From assembly GCA_963667015.2 (NCBI GenBank), contig CAXXJJ010000001.1:1248001-1312000 (forward strand): a DNA stretch of 64,000 bases. Reading direction: 5' to 3'. The stretch comes from Desulfatiglandales bacterium. Lineage in GTDB: Bacteria > Desulfobacterota > DSM-4660 > Desulfatiglandales > HGW-15. This document shows positions 28,402 to 39,056 of this stretch, piece by piece; positions within the stretch are counted from its first letter, which is position 1, and every line of letters starts with the position of its first letter. The translations under genes were made by a program, and so were the position numbers. The notes under the pieces are model-generated. The model was not told the origin of the DNA, made no database searches, and worked only from the letters and a program-made list of their open reading frames with translations.

Positions 28402-29490
28402 ATGGCAAAAATAGTCTATGGCGTATCCGGCGAAGGTTCAGGGCACTCTTCACGCGCGTCCGAAATAATACCATTTCTTCTGGAGGAAGGACATGAGGTC
28501 AGGGCTGTTTCCTATGACCGGGGGTATAAGAATCTCAGGGACAGTTTTGATGTATTTGAGACAGAAGGCCTTACAATAGCAAGTGTCGACAATAAGGTTT
28601 CCATGGTAAAGACATTTACCGAGAACCTTAAGAGACTCCCGGAAGGGTATGATGCCCTTCAGAGGCTGAGAAAAGAAATCTTTAAAGAATTCCAGCCAGA
28701 CTGCGTTATCACAGACTTTGAACCGATGACAGCCTACCTTGCCAATCATTATAATTTACCCCTGATAACAGTTGATAACCAGCATCGTATTCGTTACATG
28801 GATTATCCCTGCCCGTCATACCTGAGTAAAGACCAGTTTATCACTGAAACGGTAATAAGGGCCATGGTTCCAAGGCCTGATGTGTCACTTGTTACGACAT
28901 TTTATTTTGGTGAAACCAAAAACGACAGGACATTCCTGTTCCCTCCAATTCTCAGGAGGCCTGTCCTTGAACTTACGCCATGTGAGAATGATCATATACT
29001 TGTTTATCTCACGAGCGGGTTTGAATCATTCATTGAACTGCTTCCAAAATTTAAACGGGAAAAATTCATACTTTATGGGTACGATAAAAACGAAGAACAG
29101 GAAAATATTATTTATAAGCCCTTCAGTAAGGAGGGATTTCTTGAAGATTTTTCTTCATGCAGGGCTGTGATGGCAACTGCCGGATTTACGCTTATGACAG
29201 AGTCTATTTATCTTAAAAAACCGTATCTCGCACTTCCCATGCTCGGTCAGTTTGAACAGGAATTAAACGGTCTTCTGCTTGAACAGACAGGTTTCGGAAT
29301 GAATCTCAGGAATATCAGGGATGAGGCAATCAGTACATTTTTATACAGGCTGCCCGAATACAGGTCAACGCTGATTGAGTCTGAAAGCTGGGATAACAGC
29401 CTGATAAAAAATAAGCTTAAGGAACTGCTTGATAATGACTGTTCAGGTGCGCTTGATTTTCACAGAAAACGGACAAATGTTGAAGGTTGA
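28402..29490 (+). CDS. MJ1255/VC2487-family glycosyltransferase
   Basis: YGVSGEGSGHSSR, ITDFEP, DNQH, AGFTLMTE, GQFEQ..N. Confidence 0.85.
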   Translation: MAKIVYGVSGEGSGHSSRASEIIPFLLEEGHEVRAVSYDRGYKNLRDSFDVFETEGLTIASVDNKVSMVKTFTENLKRLPEGYDALQRLRKEIFKEFQPDCVITDFEPMTAYLANHYNLPLITVDNQHRIRYMDYPCPSYLSKDQFITETVIRAMVPRPDVSLVTTFYFGETKNDRTFLFPPILRRPVLELTPCENDHILVYLTSGFESFIELLPKFKREKFILYGYDKNEEQENIIYKPFSKEGFLEDFSSCRAVMATAGFTLMTESIYLKKPYLALPMLGQFEQELNGLLLEQTGFGMNLRNIRDEAISTFLYRLPEYRSTLIESESWDNSLIKNKLKELLDNDCSGALDFHRKRTNVEG

Positions 29491-29558
29491 AACTAGTACT
29501 CTAAGAGATAAATGAAATGATTCAAAATTTTGCTAAAAGAATACAAAAAAAAGTATGT

Positions 29559-29682
29559 ATCTCGCAGAGCCCGCAGAGTACGCAGAGAAAAACAAAAGGC
29601 ATTGTTGATGTCAAAAAACTAAAATAGAAGCTTTGCTCTGTGCTCTCTGCGAACTCTAGTGACCGAAGGGAACGGGCGAGAG
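29559..29682. repeat. Imperfect intergenic palindromic element
   Basis: CGCAGAG repeats answered by CTCTG(T/C)G repeats. Confidence 0.5.
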
Positions 29683-29839
29683 ATATTCTTTTTAGTTTGA
29701 GGTATTATATTTATAAATTAGCTATCTGATCGTATTTTCTTTATATTTTTTTCTCGACGCAGGAATTGATTTCCCCTATACTTTCCTGTTTATTTAAATA
29801 TAATAGTGTAAATCTAGAAAGAATTATTAGCAGGAAATA

Positions 29840-31636
29840 ATGAAAAACATAAGAAATTTTAGCATAATCGCACATATTGACCACGGAAAATCCACCCTTG
29901 CGGACAGGCTTATCCAGTATTCGGGTCTTGTTAATGAACGGCAGTTCAGGGACCAGATGCTGGACAGCATGGATATTGAAAGGGAGAGAGGTATCACCAT
30001 AAAGAGTCAGGCAATTACTCTGCCCTACACCAGCAAAAAAGGTGAACTGTTTGAGCTGAACCTTATTGATACTCCCGGGCATGTGGACTTTTCATACGAG
30101 GTTTCACGGGCCCTGGCTTCATGTGAAGGTGCACTGCTTATTATTGATGCCTCACAGGGGGTCGAGGCTCAGACCCTTGCAAACCTCTATGCTGCCCTTG
30201 AACAGGATCTGGAAATAATACCTGTAATCAACAAGATCGATCTTCCCTCGGCTGATATAGAAAGGGTCAAGGAGGAGATTGAAATTGACCTGGGGCTTGA
30301 CTCTGATATGGCGATTCTATGTTCTGCCAAGGAAGGCACAGGCATCGAAGATATTCTTGAGGCCATAACCGAGTATATTCCGCCGCCAAAGGGCGACGCT
30401 GATGCGCCTTTACAGGCCCTGATCTTTGATGCGGATTATGATCCATTCAGGGGTACTGTCGTGTGCTGCAGGGTTTTTTCCGGAAGGCTTGAACCGCGCG
30501 ATACCATCAGGTTTATGTCCAATAAGGCAGCCTACAGGGTGGAAGAGGTCGGCAGGTTCGGAATCAGCAGGGAACCGTTGAAATGCCTTTCTGCCGGAGA
30601 TGTTGGGTATATAATAGCAGGAATCAAGACGGTAAGTGATACAAGTATTGGTGATACCATCACACTTGACAGCAACCCGGCGCCTAAACCTCTCCCCGGA
30701 TTCATGGAGGCAAAACCGGTTGTATTTTCATCCATATATCCGATGTCTTCGGAAGATTATGGGTCGCTTACCGATGCACTTGAAAAATACAAGCTCAATG
30801 ATGCGGCATTTGTGTACCAGAAGGACTCCTCCGCTGCCCTGGGCATGGGCTTCAGGTGCGGCTTTCTCGGGCTTCTGCACCTTGAAATAGTACAGGAAAG
30901 GCTTGAAAGGGAGTTCGATCAATCCATAATTATGACAGTTCCTTCAGTTGAGTACCACTTCGTGCTTACAAACGGTGAAGAGGTCAAAGTGGATAATCCC
31001 CTTTATTACCCTGATCCTGCAACCATAGAAATCTCCCTGGAGCCATATATTAAGACAAGTATTTTAATCCCCGAGCGGTACATGGGGGTGGTAATGGATC
31101 TGTGTCTTGAACGAAGAGGTGAAAATGCCAGGTTCAATTATCCCACTCCTGGAAGGGTGGAGATCAACTTTGATATGCCTCTGGCAGAGATACTTTATGA
31201 TTTTTATGACAGGCTTAAAACAGTAACACAGGGGTACGGGTCATTTGATTATGATATGCTTGATTACAGGAAAAACGACCTTGTAAAGCTTGATATCCTT
31301 GTCAACTCGGACAGGGTCGATGCCCTTTCTCAGATTGTCCACAGAGACAGGGCAAGGGCAAGGGCGTTACATGCCTGTGACAAGCTCAAGGACGAGATCC
31401 CAAGGCATATGTTTAAAATTGCCATTCAGGGGGCCATAGGCGGGAACATTATTGCAAGAAGCACTGTTAATGCCTTCAGAAAGGATGTTACGGCCAAATG
31501 TTATGGCGGAGATATCTCACGAAAGCGTAAACTCCTGGAGAAACAGAAAAAGGGAAAGAAGAGAATGAAGATGATTGGATCTGTATCTATCCCCCAGAGT
31601 GCCTTTGTGTCGGTGTTTAAGTCTGATAGCAATTAG
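29840..31636 (+). CDS. lepA: Elongation factor 4
   Basis: IRNFSIIAHIDHGKSTLADR, DTPGHVDF, GFRCGFLGLLH, KCYGGDISRKRKLLEKQK.GKKRMK. Confidence 0.98.
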   Translation: MKNIRNFSIIAHIDHGKSTLADRLIQYSGLVNERQFRDQMLDSMDIERERGITIKSQAITLPYTSKKGELFELNLIDTPGHVDFSYEVSRALASCEGALLIIDASQGVEAQTLANLYAALEQDLEIIPVINKIDLPSADIERVKEEIEIDLGLDSDMAILCSAKEGTGIEDILEAITEYIPPPKGDADAPLQALIFDADYDPFRGTVVCCRVFSGRLEPRDTIRFMSNKAAYRVEEVGRFGISREPLKCLSAGDVGYIIAGIKTVSDTSIGDTITLDSNPAPKPLPGFMEAKPVVFSSIYPMSSEDYGSLTDALEKYKLNDAAFVYQKDSSAALGMGFRCGFLGLLHLEIVQERLEREFDQSIIMTVPSVEYHFVLTNGEEVKVDNPLYYPDPATIEISLEPYIKTSILIPERYMGVVMDLCLERRGENARFNYPTPGRVEINFDMPLAEILYDFYDRLKTVTQGYGSFDYDMLDYRKNDLVKLDILVNSDRVDALSQIVHRDRARARALHACDKLKDEIPRHMFKIAIQGAIGGNIIARSTVNAFRKDVTAKCYGGDISRKRKLLEKQKKGKKRMKMIGSVSIPQSAFVSVFKSDSN

Positions 31637-31708
31637 GCTGCGGGTTGATGCCGCTTATCATTATAATTTAGTAAGCAGGGTAAAGTGAAAATCAAGCTAT
31701 ATATGAAC

Positions 31709-31814
31709 AGGCTCAAGGCTCAAGGCTCAAGGCACGGGGAAAATGCTTTTTCCTTGCGCCCTGCGCCCCCTGTCCCGACAAAGCCTTTTGGCGACGGCGG
31801 ATGGGCCCTGCGCC
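31709..31814. repeat. Heptamer tandem/inverted repeat cluster
   Basis: (AGGCTCA)x3 AGGCACG then CCTTGCG/CCCTGCG units with an embedded hairpin. Confidence 0.55.
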
Positions 31815-31831
31815 ACTTGTTTTAAGCTCCC

Positions 31832-32992
31832 ATGCCCAAACACCAGCAATCTGTACAGGAAGAAAATACTCCGCCCGCCGGATTATACATACATATCCCC
31901 TTTTGCAGATCAAAGTGCCCCTATTGTGATTTTTATTCAATTGCCTCATCTTCGCTTATTTCACGCTGGTTTGAATCCCTGAAAAAAGAGATAGTCCTTT
32001 ACAGAGGCAGGTTCCGATCCTTTGATACTGTTTATCTTGGAGGCGGGACACCGTCTATTCTTGATATCAGTACTATTTATAAAATACTCGGTCTAATAGA
32101 GGAAAACTATAATGTTATTGAGAATGCGGAGATAACTATTGAAGCGAATCCGGGAGATCTGAGTTCAGAAAAAATTGCCGGAATAAAAGGCTCGGGAATC
32201 AATCGAATAAATCTGGGGGTTCAATCATTTAATGATGATGAATTAATTTTTCTTGGAAGACTTCATAGAGGCATTGATTCCTGGAAAGTATTAAATGCGC
32301 TTAGAAAGGCAGGCTTTGATAATATTGGTATAGACCTTATATATGGTCTAAAGGATCAATCCCTTGAAGACTGGCGGAAGACACTTGAAAGAGCAGTGTC
32401 TTTTAATCCGGAACATATTTCCTGCTATCAGCTTACAATTGAAGGTAAAACTGTTTTTAATGCAATGAAAAGCAGGGGCGAGTTGAATGAACTTTCTGAG
32501 GATAATGCCGCCAGATTCTTCCTTGAAACATCGGATTTTCTTGAACAGCAGGGCTATATGCACTATGAGGTTTCAAATTTTGCAAAAAGCCCGGATCGAA
32601 GATCAAGACACAACATAAAATACTGGCAGCGCATACCATACCTGGGCCTTGGCCCTTCTGCCCATTCATTTGACAGGGAAAAAAGATGGTGGAATTACCG
32701 CTCTGTTAAAAGATATTGTGCGAGCCTTGAATGTGGCAAAGAGCCGGTTGAAGAGTTTGAAATCCTGACAGAAGAACAGGAAATTCTTGAGAAGGTATCT
32801 CTTGGACTGAGGACTGCAGAAGGGATTATTGCGGATGACCTTTCAGGTATATCCGGGGTTTATGAACGCATTGCAGGCCTGGAATCTACAGGTTATGTCA
32901 GGATAAAGGGCAGCAGGGTGCTACCCACCAAAAAAGGAATGCTGGTCGCAGACCGGTTACCGCTTTTTATATTAGAACAGGATTGTTTGTAA
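31832..32992 (+). CDS. hemW: Radical SAM heme chaperone HemW (HemN-like)
   Basis: YIHIPFCRSKCPYCDF, GGGTPS, EANP, YEVSNF, HN..YW, YLGLGPSAHS. Confidence 0.92.
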   Translation: MPKHQQSVQEENTPPAGLYIHIPFCRSKCPYCDFYSIASSSLISRWFESLKKEIVLYRGRFRSFDTVYLGGGTPSILDISTIYKILGLIEENYNVIENAEITIEANPGDLSSEKIAGIKGSGINRINLGVQSFNDDELIFLGRLHRGIDSWKVLNALRKAGFDNIGIDLIYGLKDQSLEDWRKTLERAVSFNPEHISCYQLTIEGKTVFNAMKSRGELNELSEDNAARFFLETSDFLEQQGYMHYEVSNFAKSPDRRSRHNIKYWQRIPYLGLGPSAHSFDREKRWWNYRSVKRYCASLECGKEPVEEFEILTEEQEILEKVSLGLRTAEGIIADDLSGISGVYERIAGLESTGYVRIKGSRVLPTKKGMLVADRLPLFILEQDCL

Positions 32993-33032
32993 AACTCGAG
33001 GTGACTGATGCGGGAAATCCAGGAAAAGAAAA

Positions 33033-33066
33033 AAACCCCGCCGCTATTAAAAAACGGCGGGGGTTT
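33033..33066. terminator. Intrinsic terminator between convergent genes
   Basis: AAACCCCGCCG..CGGCGGGGGTTT with A tract on the left. Confidence 0.75.
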
Positions 33067-33084
33067 ATGTTTTTCAACTAAAAA

Positions 33085-34404
33085 CTACATTTCGGTTTCC
33101 GGATGAAATACTAGAACATCCCTGAGGTCATCGTTAAGATAGGTTCGTTCATTAGGGCCAAGAATGCCGAGAGACAGGCAGATCAGGGTCCAGAGGTGCA
33201 CGACGCCATATCCTTTGCCATAATGTTCGCTTAGCTCATGGATTTGAGCATGGCAGTTATGGCAGGCTGCGATACAGTAATCCGCTCCGGTTGTCTGGAT
33301 CTGCTGATCTTTTATCCGACCGTATTCCAGACGCGCATCCTTGAAGCCGGATTGCAGAAAGCCGCCGCCTCCGCCACAACAGAAATTATTGGATCGGTTG
33401 GGGTACATTTCGATAAAATTTTCTTCACCCACAATAGATTTGACCACAAATCGCAGGTCATCAGCTATGGGATCTCCATATGACTTACGCACGATCTGGC
33501 ATGGGTCCTGTACCGTGAACTTGATCTTCAGGTCTTTGTTCCAGTCAGAGTTGACCTTGAGTTTGCCTTCGCGGATCCATTTTGCGTAATATTCATAGAT
33601 ATTTTTTACGACAAAGCTGTGTTCGATGTTGAATTTTTTCAGTCCTGCCAGGACTGAGTAGGTGACGTGTCCTCACTCGCTGTTGAGGAACACCTTGCAT
33701 CCCAGATCCTCCGCCTGTTTGGCTGAAGTAGTGGTGACATGTTTCCAGGCGTCGTCATCAGAAAGGAACATGCAGTAGTTTTCAGCTGCCCATCCTTTCG
33801 AACCATAGGTCCAGTCAGCACCCACCAGGTGAAGAATTTTCCATAAAGGCACCATTTCATCAGGCTCGGTTACAGGCTCACGGGAATTCTGGTTGATAAA
33901 GAATTCTGCTCCCTGCTTGTCAATGGGAGCCTGCATTTCAGCAAACTCCGGCTGGGCTTCCTGGTATTCTTCCAAAACGTCTTCCACTACAAACTGGAAA
34001 TCCTCCGAAGTGGCGCCCATAGCCGAACAGCTATCGTTTTTAAGAGCCATATCGCATGAACCCAGAATACCCTTTGGCCGTTTTTCTCTTGGCCAGGAGG
34101 CGCGGGCGTTGTATACCAGTTGCGGAATATTGATTTCCATTGGACAGACGTGAATACAGCGCTGACACATGCTGCACATCCATACCCATGGAGTTGTTGT
34201 GACTTCTTCATCCATTCCCAGAGCTGCCATGCGCAAAAATTTGCGCGGGTCCATGTCTTCCAGACCTGTTGCCGGGCAGGCAGATGCGCATGCCCCGCAT
34301 GTCAGGCAAAGATTAAGATTACCCCCTTCAGGAAGGAGCTCTTTAACCTTCTTCATGAATGTGCTCTGTTTTTTACTGCCGAGTTTAATCGTTTCTTCAG
34401 CCAT
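33085..34404 (-). CDS. HdrC/HdrD-like Fe-S, CCG-domain protein; selenoprotein
   Basis: One frame from MAEETIK across TGA 33673-75 (NSE-U-GH) to TVQDPC, CCGGGGG, ACHNC; two ferredoxin motifs; SECIS-like hairpin. Confidence 0.88.
33639..33657 (-). promoter_or_regulatory. Bacterial SECIS-like hairpin
   Basis: TCAGTCCT-GGC-AGGACTGA, perfect 8-bp stem starting 16 nt after the UGA. Confidence 0.75.
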
Positions 34405-34435
34405 TAAACAAACTCTCCATATTATTAGTTTTGTA

Positions 34436-36070
34436 TTACAATTTCTTGAGCTGGGCTTCAAATTCAGCCACAATGCGAGTAAAGTCGCTCGCCATATTGG
34501 AGGCCAGGGTTGCAAACCGCAGTCGTTTCCTGTCAAGCCCGACCTCGTCCAGTCTGCGCTGTGCGTCATTGACGCGCCATTGGGCATAGGTGTTGCCATG
34601 CTCGGATTTACAGTTGCCCGGATGACAGGCCAAAACCATTACACCGTCAGAGCCTTCTGCAAAGGCACTGAGGATATAATCAAGATCGATTTTACCGGCA
34701 CACGGCACCTGAATCAGGTGAAGGCCGTCGGACAGGGACATGCCAAACTCCTTCGCCATTTGCGCGGCTTCCAGTGCCGAATTCTGACAGCAGAAGGCGA
34801 CTATTTTTTGAACTTTTTCATCTTTTATACTGTTCTGTATCTGCCCATGAATAGTTGTATCGTTGAATTCGCCTATCTGGATTGCATCCATCGGACATTC
34901 GCTGGCACAGATGCCGCATCCCTGGCAGGCCAACTGAGAAATGATCGGTTTGTTATCTTTGCCCCAGTATATGGCTCCATGGGGACAGCAGCGGTAACAG
35001 GTAAGGCAGAAGGTGCATTTACCTGTATCCAGTACAGCCTTGTTGGCCGGTATCAGCCTTGTGCCGTCACCGAGCAGCTGGCTGATCTGTAAGGCAGCAT
35101 TTTCAGCATCCATACAGGCCTGATCCAGGGCCTTGACCTGTCGGCTCCCGCCGATCACAAAAATTCCTTCACGATTGGTGGTTACCGGGTAGCGATGCAC
35201 ATTATCGGCTTGTAAAAAGCCTTCGGAACCAAGGTCCAGGCGAAGCATGTCCGCCAGTTGAGCGTTGGCGCCATTAGCCTTCAGGGCTTCTTCAATAACC
35301 ACAATGTCAGCCTGTACACTGATGTCCTTTAAGATGACAGGGTCGTTGTAGGTGATGGATGCGCAGTCTTTCTGAGGTTCAATGGCCGGTGCCTGGGATA
35401 ACTTAAAAAACAGTACACCCTTGTCACGGGTCTGCAGATAGAGCCGTTCAAGATCTTCAGCGGCTACCTTAAGATCATTAACATATACATAAACATTTGT
35501 ATCATCCACCTGTGCCAACTCCAGGGCACTGCGCAGTACGCGTTCCATAACAAGCGGGTTGCCCGGTTGTCCGAAGCCGACCGCAAAGGCTGCTGTTTTA
35601 CCGGCGAATTTCTGCGGATCCGAGGCCAGGGATTGTTCCAGGCTGGATTGGGTTATAACGATATCGCTTATTTCAAGCCCGTAGGCTGCATTAAGCGGTT
35701 CGCGGATAAATTCGGATGCAACCACTATTGCACCGACACGTTTTTCAGCCTGTCCGGATAACGAGACTTTGTAATCACCGGCAACACCGGCAGCACATGT
35801 CAGGCTGGTCTGCTCCAGAATCTTGATATTATCTGATGATCGAACCTGGGCGATCAGTTTGTCAAGGATATCCATTTCAGCAGGGCTGTAGCAGTTGAGC
35901 GGCCTGGACTCGGCTGTAAGACCAACGGCCTCTCCGGGCTCGACAAGCAATACAGAGTAGCCCTGCTCTACAATGGCGTCTGCTGCAAGGATACCGGTCA
36001 GGCCTCCTCCGAGGACCAGGACATCGCTGGCTGTTTCAATTTTTTGTATATCTGTATTCGATTGATTCAT
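34436..36070 (-). CDS. HdrA-like flavoprotein fused to ferredoxin and MvhD domains
   Basis: LGGGLTG, CTFCLTCYRCCP, CQGCGICASECP, AFCC, VPCAGK, GVMVLACH.GNC. Confidence 0.85.
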   Translation of the reverse strand: MNQSNTDIQKIETASDVLVLGGGLTGILAADAIVEQGYSVLLVEPGEAVGLTAESRPLNCYSPAEMDILDKLIAQVRSSDNIKILEQTSLTCAAGVAGDYKVSLSGQAEKRVGAIVVASEFIREPLNAAYGLEISDIVITQSSLEQSLASDPQKFAGKTAAFAVGFGQPGNPLVMERVLRSALELAQVDDTNVYVYVNDLKVAAEDLERLYLQTRDKGVLFFKLSQAPAIEPQKDCASITYNDPVILKDISVQADIVVIEEALKANGANAQLADMLRLDLGSEGFLQADNVHRYPVTTNREGIFVIGGSRQVKALDQACMDAENAALQISQLLGDGTRLIPANKAVLDTGKCTFCLTCYRCCPHGAIYWGKDNKPIISQLACQGCGICASECPMDAIQIGEFNDTTIHGQIQNSIKDEKVQKIVAFCCQNSALEAAQMAKEFGMSLSDGLHLIQVPCAGKIDLDYILSAFAEGSDGVMVLACHPGNCKSEHGNTYAQWRVNDAQRRLDEVGLDRKRLRFATLASNMASDFTRIVAEFEAQLKKL

Positions 36071-37260
36071 TATGAGGCCCTCCTCAAATACTTGATCACC
36101 TCACTGGCGGCCTGGCCTGCGTGGGATACAGAATCGGCAATGGTTTTCGGTCCTTGAACGGTTCCGGCAAGGAAAATACCCTTTTGGTCCGTAGCAGTGA
36201 CGTTCAATTTATCGGTGCTGGCGGCAAATCCATCCGGGGACAACTGGATGTGCAGAAGATCTGCCAGGACAGCATTGTCGATACCGGGCATGATGCCCAC
36301 GGACAATACTACCAGATCAAATTCTGCTTCCACGGGTTTGCCGTCGGTTTCGCTCATATACCGGGTGCGGATACGATCTCCTTCTGCCTCATACATATCA
36401 ATGGGAATTGTACGTACAAAATTTAATTCATCCCGGCACTTCTGGTAAAAGCTGGAAAAGTTATTACCGGTGTTCTGGATATCCATATAGAAGACCGTGA
36501 TGTTCGCGTCCGGATCCTGGTGCTTCATATCCATGGCCATGCGAAGGGCATAGGGGCAGCAGACCTGTGAACACCACAGATGCCCGAGACGTTCATCCCG
36601 GCTGCCGACACACTGAATAAATGCAATTTCCTTTGCCGGCTTTCCGTCTGACGGACGCAGAAAGTATCCGGTGGTCCGTTGTATCCGTTCCAGATCCAAC
36701 CCGCTGACGACATTTGCCAGTGCATCATAGTTGTAGGTGGACTTCTGGTTCGGATCAAAAGGCACAAAGCCTGTGGCCCATACAACAGCGTCTACTTCCA
36801 GTTTCTCTGTTGTCTGACATATACCGGGGTCTAATTGACCGTCGGCTGTCCTGTAGGTTGCGTTGTGCCTGGAAAAACCCCTGGCCGCAGCACATTCCAC
36901 CGGATTTTTATCATAACCTTTCTGGCAATTTTTAAATGTATCGGATTTGTCGGTTATGGCAACCCTGGCCAATTTTACATCAAAACGCGGGCTGCCGGAT
37001 ATTTGCTCGACTTCACTGGCCAGATGTACCCGTATGCCGGGATCCCGGACTACATCTTTGAGCACGCTTTCCACAGTGCAGGCCCCGCATTGCTGACAGC
37101 TGTCAGTAGCCTTGCAGGCATATTGGATGGCGTGACCACCAAGGAAGTCGGCCTTTTCAACGAGTTCTACCTGGATACCGCTGCGGGAAAGATCCCGGGC
37201 TGCACTCAACCCGGCGATACCGCCGCCGATAACCATGACTTTTTTCGCTTCCGTACTCAC
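36070..37260 (-). CDS. HdrA-like FAD/Fe-S subunit
   Basis: IGGGIAG, FIQCVGSRD, CSQVCC, FYMDI, AGTVQGPK.I. Confidence 0.88.
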   Translation of the reverse strand: MSTEAKKVMVIGGGIAGLSAARDLSRSGIQVELVEKADFLGGHAIQYACKATDSCQQCGACTVESVLKDVVRDPGIRVHLASEVEQISGSPRFDVKLARVAITDKSDTFKNCQKGYDKNPVECAAARGFSRHNATYRTADGQLDPGICQTTEKLEVDAVVWATGFVPFDPNQKSTYNYDALANVVSGLDLERIQRTTGYFLRPSDGKPAKEIAFIQCVGSRDERLGHLWCSQVCCPYALRMAMDMKHQDPDANITVFYMDIQNTGNNFSSFYQKCRDELNFVRTIPIDMYEAEGDRIRTRYMSETDGKPVEAEFDLVVLSVGIMPGIDNAVLADLLHIQLSPDGFAASTDKLNVTATDQKGIFLAGTVQGPKTIADSVSHAGQAASEVIKYLRRAS

Positions 37261-37309
37261 TAGCTTACTCCTTTAAAATGGATGGTTCATTCGGATAAAA
37301 CCCGACCTC

Positions 37310-38233
37310 TTATACCGTTGGCCGGGGCAACATGCCTGCGCGCTCAGCGATCTCCGGCACCTTGTGTTCCCATTCAATAGCCATCAGGTGAATTCCGGCA
37401 ACGCCTTTCATTTCTTTGAATTCTTCAATCTGCTCGCAGGCGATCCGGATGCCCTCATCAGCGACATTCTTTCTATCAACGCCTTTAAGACGTTTAATAA
37501 TATCTTCCGGAACATCCATGCCAGGCACCTGGGTCTGCATGTATCTTGCCATACCTATGCTTTTCATCGGGGTAACACCTGCAAGTATGTACACCTGCTC
37601 GGTTAAGCCCATATCATTGGCCTGTTTAACCCATTCGCGCATTTTATCCATATTATAGATACACTGGGTCTGAATGAAGTCTGCGCCTGCCTTGACCTTC
37701 TTTGCCAGCCGGTGTACACGCCATTCGAAAGGTTCGGCAAAGGGATTGGCTGCCGCGCCTATGAAAAGCTTTGGCGGTTCGGTGATATCAGCTCCGGATT
37801 GGAATTTGCCTTCATCACGCATGGCCTTGACCATGGCAATTAATTGGGTGGAATCGATGTCAAACACGCCCTTGGCCTGCGGATGATCACCAAATTGCTG
37901 GTGATCTCCTGACAGACAGAGCATATTGTGAATGCCCAGGGCATAAGCGCCGAGGATATCTGCCTGCATGGCCAGTCGGTTGCGGTCGCGGCAGGTCATC
38001 TGGTAATTGGGTTCCAGACCTTCCTGGATGGCAATCAATGAAGCGGCCCAGCTGGCCATACGAACCATGGCAGTCTGGTTGTCGGTGATATTAACAGCGT
38101 CTACATTGCCGAGCAGGTGTTTGGCCTTTTCACGTACAGCGTCCACACTGGAGCCACGGGGAGGTCCCAGTTCCCCGGTAAAGGCAAAATGTCCGGCGCG
38201 TAGAATTTTTTCTAACGTGCTTGCTGATTTCAT
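37310..38233 (-). CDS. metF: Methylenetetrahydrofolate reductase
   Basis: ELGPPR, NITDN, CRDRNR, LSGD, KV.AGADFIQTQ, GIHLM. Confidence 0.92.
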   Translation of the reverse strand: MKSASTLEKILRAGHFAFTGELGPPRGSSVDAVREKAKHLLGNVDAVNITDNQTAMVRMASWAASLIAIQEGLEPNYQMTCRDRNRLAMQADILGAYALGIHNMLCLSGDHQQFGDHPQAKGVFDIDSTQLIAMVKAMRDEGKFQSGADITEPPKLFIGAAANPFAEPFEWRVHRLAKKVKAGADFIQTQCIYNMDKMREWVKQANDMGLTEQVYILAGVTPMKSIGMARYMQTQVPGMDVPEDIIKRLKGVDRKNVADEGIRIACEQIEEFKEMKGVAGIHLMAIEWEHKVPEIAERAGMLPRPTV

Positions 38234-38271
38234 AGGGTTCTTACCTCGCCTATTATAAAGTTCGCGTAAAA

Positions 38272-38955
38272 TTACTTTTCTTTAAATGCCTGAATCCGTT
38301 CTTCATAGCCCGGTTGTATGAGTGTGCGCGGTGCCTGATTGCGCCAGTCATTTGCCGGATGAATTTCCATAATATTGGCCAATCGGCCTTGTTTGGACAG
38401 ACGCTCATGAATTCGGTACCATGCGCAGGGCTGGTTGACATTGATTTCGCAACTTTTATTGTTTGTGCCGCCGCAGGGCCCGTTAAAAAGGCTCTTTGCG
38501 CACATGGTTACCGGGCAGATACCGGCAGTCAGGCCAAGGACGCAGGTTCCGCAGGCACGGCATTTTTCTTCATACCAGCCCACATCCCGGTTGGCCCCTA
38601 TAAAGCTGGTATCAACGGCAGGAAAAACAGGTTTTTCCGGAAAGCGTTCGGCCAGAAACTGAATGCCTGCTCCGCAGGCCATGGATAATAATGCATCATA
38701 TTGACCAACTATGTTGTCCAGTTCTTCGAGAAATTCCATGTCGCACTGGCGCTCTACTGTATGAGCGCCCAACTCGATCGGCGCACCATCCAGTTTTCGA
38801 GCTATTTTCAGCTCAGAATTCAACACGCCGACTTCCTTTTCGCCGCCGGCCAGGCAGACCGCCACACAGGTGCCGCAGCCAACCGTCAGTACTTTCTGAT
38901 AGGGTGCTACAAGGGATTTGATTTCTTCGAAGGGTTTTCGTTCCGCAACAATCAT
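38272..38955 (-). CDS. metV: MTHFR Fe-S/Zn partner subunit MetV
   Basis: GCGTC..VC..GG, ERQC, ACGAG, C..CG.C, GICP.T.CAKSL.NGPCGG. Confidence 0.88.
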   Translation of the reverse strand: MIVAERKPFEEIKSLVAPYQKVLTVGCGTCVAVCLAGGEKEVGVLNSELKIARKLDGAPIELGAHTVERQCDMEFLEELDNIVGQYDALLSMACGAGIQFLAERFPEKPVFPAVDTSFIGANRDVGWYEEKCRACGTCVLGLTAGICPVTMCAKSLFNGPCGGTNNKSCEINVNQPCAWYRIHERLSKQGRLANIMEIHPANDWRNQAPRTLIQPGYEERIQAFKEK

Positions 38956-38998
38956 GGATATCCTCCTAATATGCTATAAGCGCATTTTTATGCGGTAG

Positions 38999-39056
38999 TT
39001 GTGAAAAAATTCACTTTTTGCGGGGGGAGTATAAGAGGTTGCGTGTTGTATGTCAA
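38999..39056 (-). promoter_or_regulatory. metV promoter with downstream Rex-like operator
   Basis: Minus-strand TTGACA (39056-51), 17 nt, TATACT (39033-28); TTGTGAAAAAATTCACTT at 38999-39016. Confidence 0.7.

Noticed and set aside
33673..34599. ORF-track split of the HdrD-like gene and its long N-terminal extension
   Set aside because: The TGA is best read as Sec; the real start is 34404 and the extension overlaps the upstream gene.
34169..35092. 307-aa plus-strand ORF
   Set aside because: Antisense shadow of the hdr genes with no recognisable motifs.
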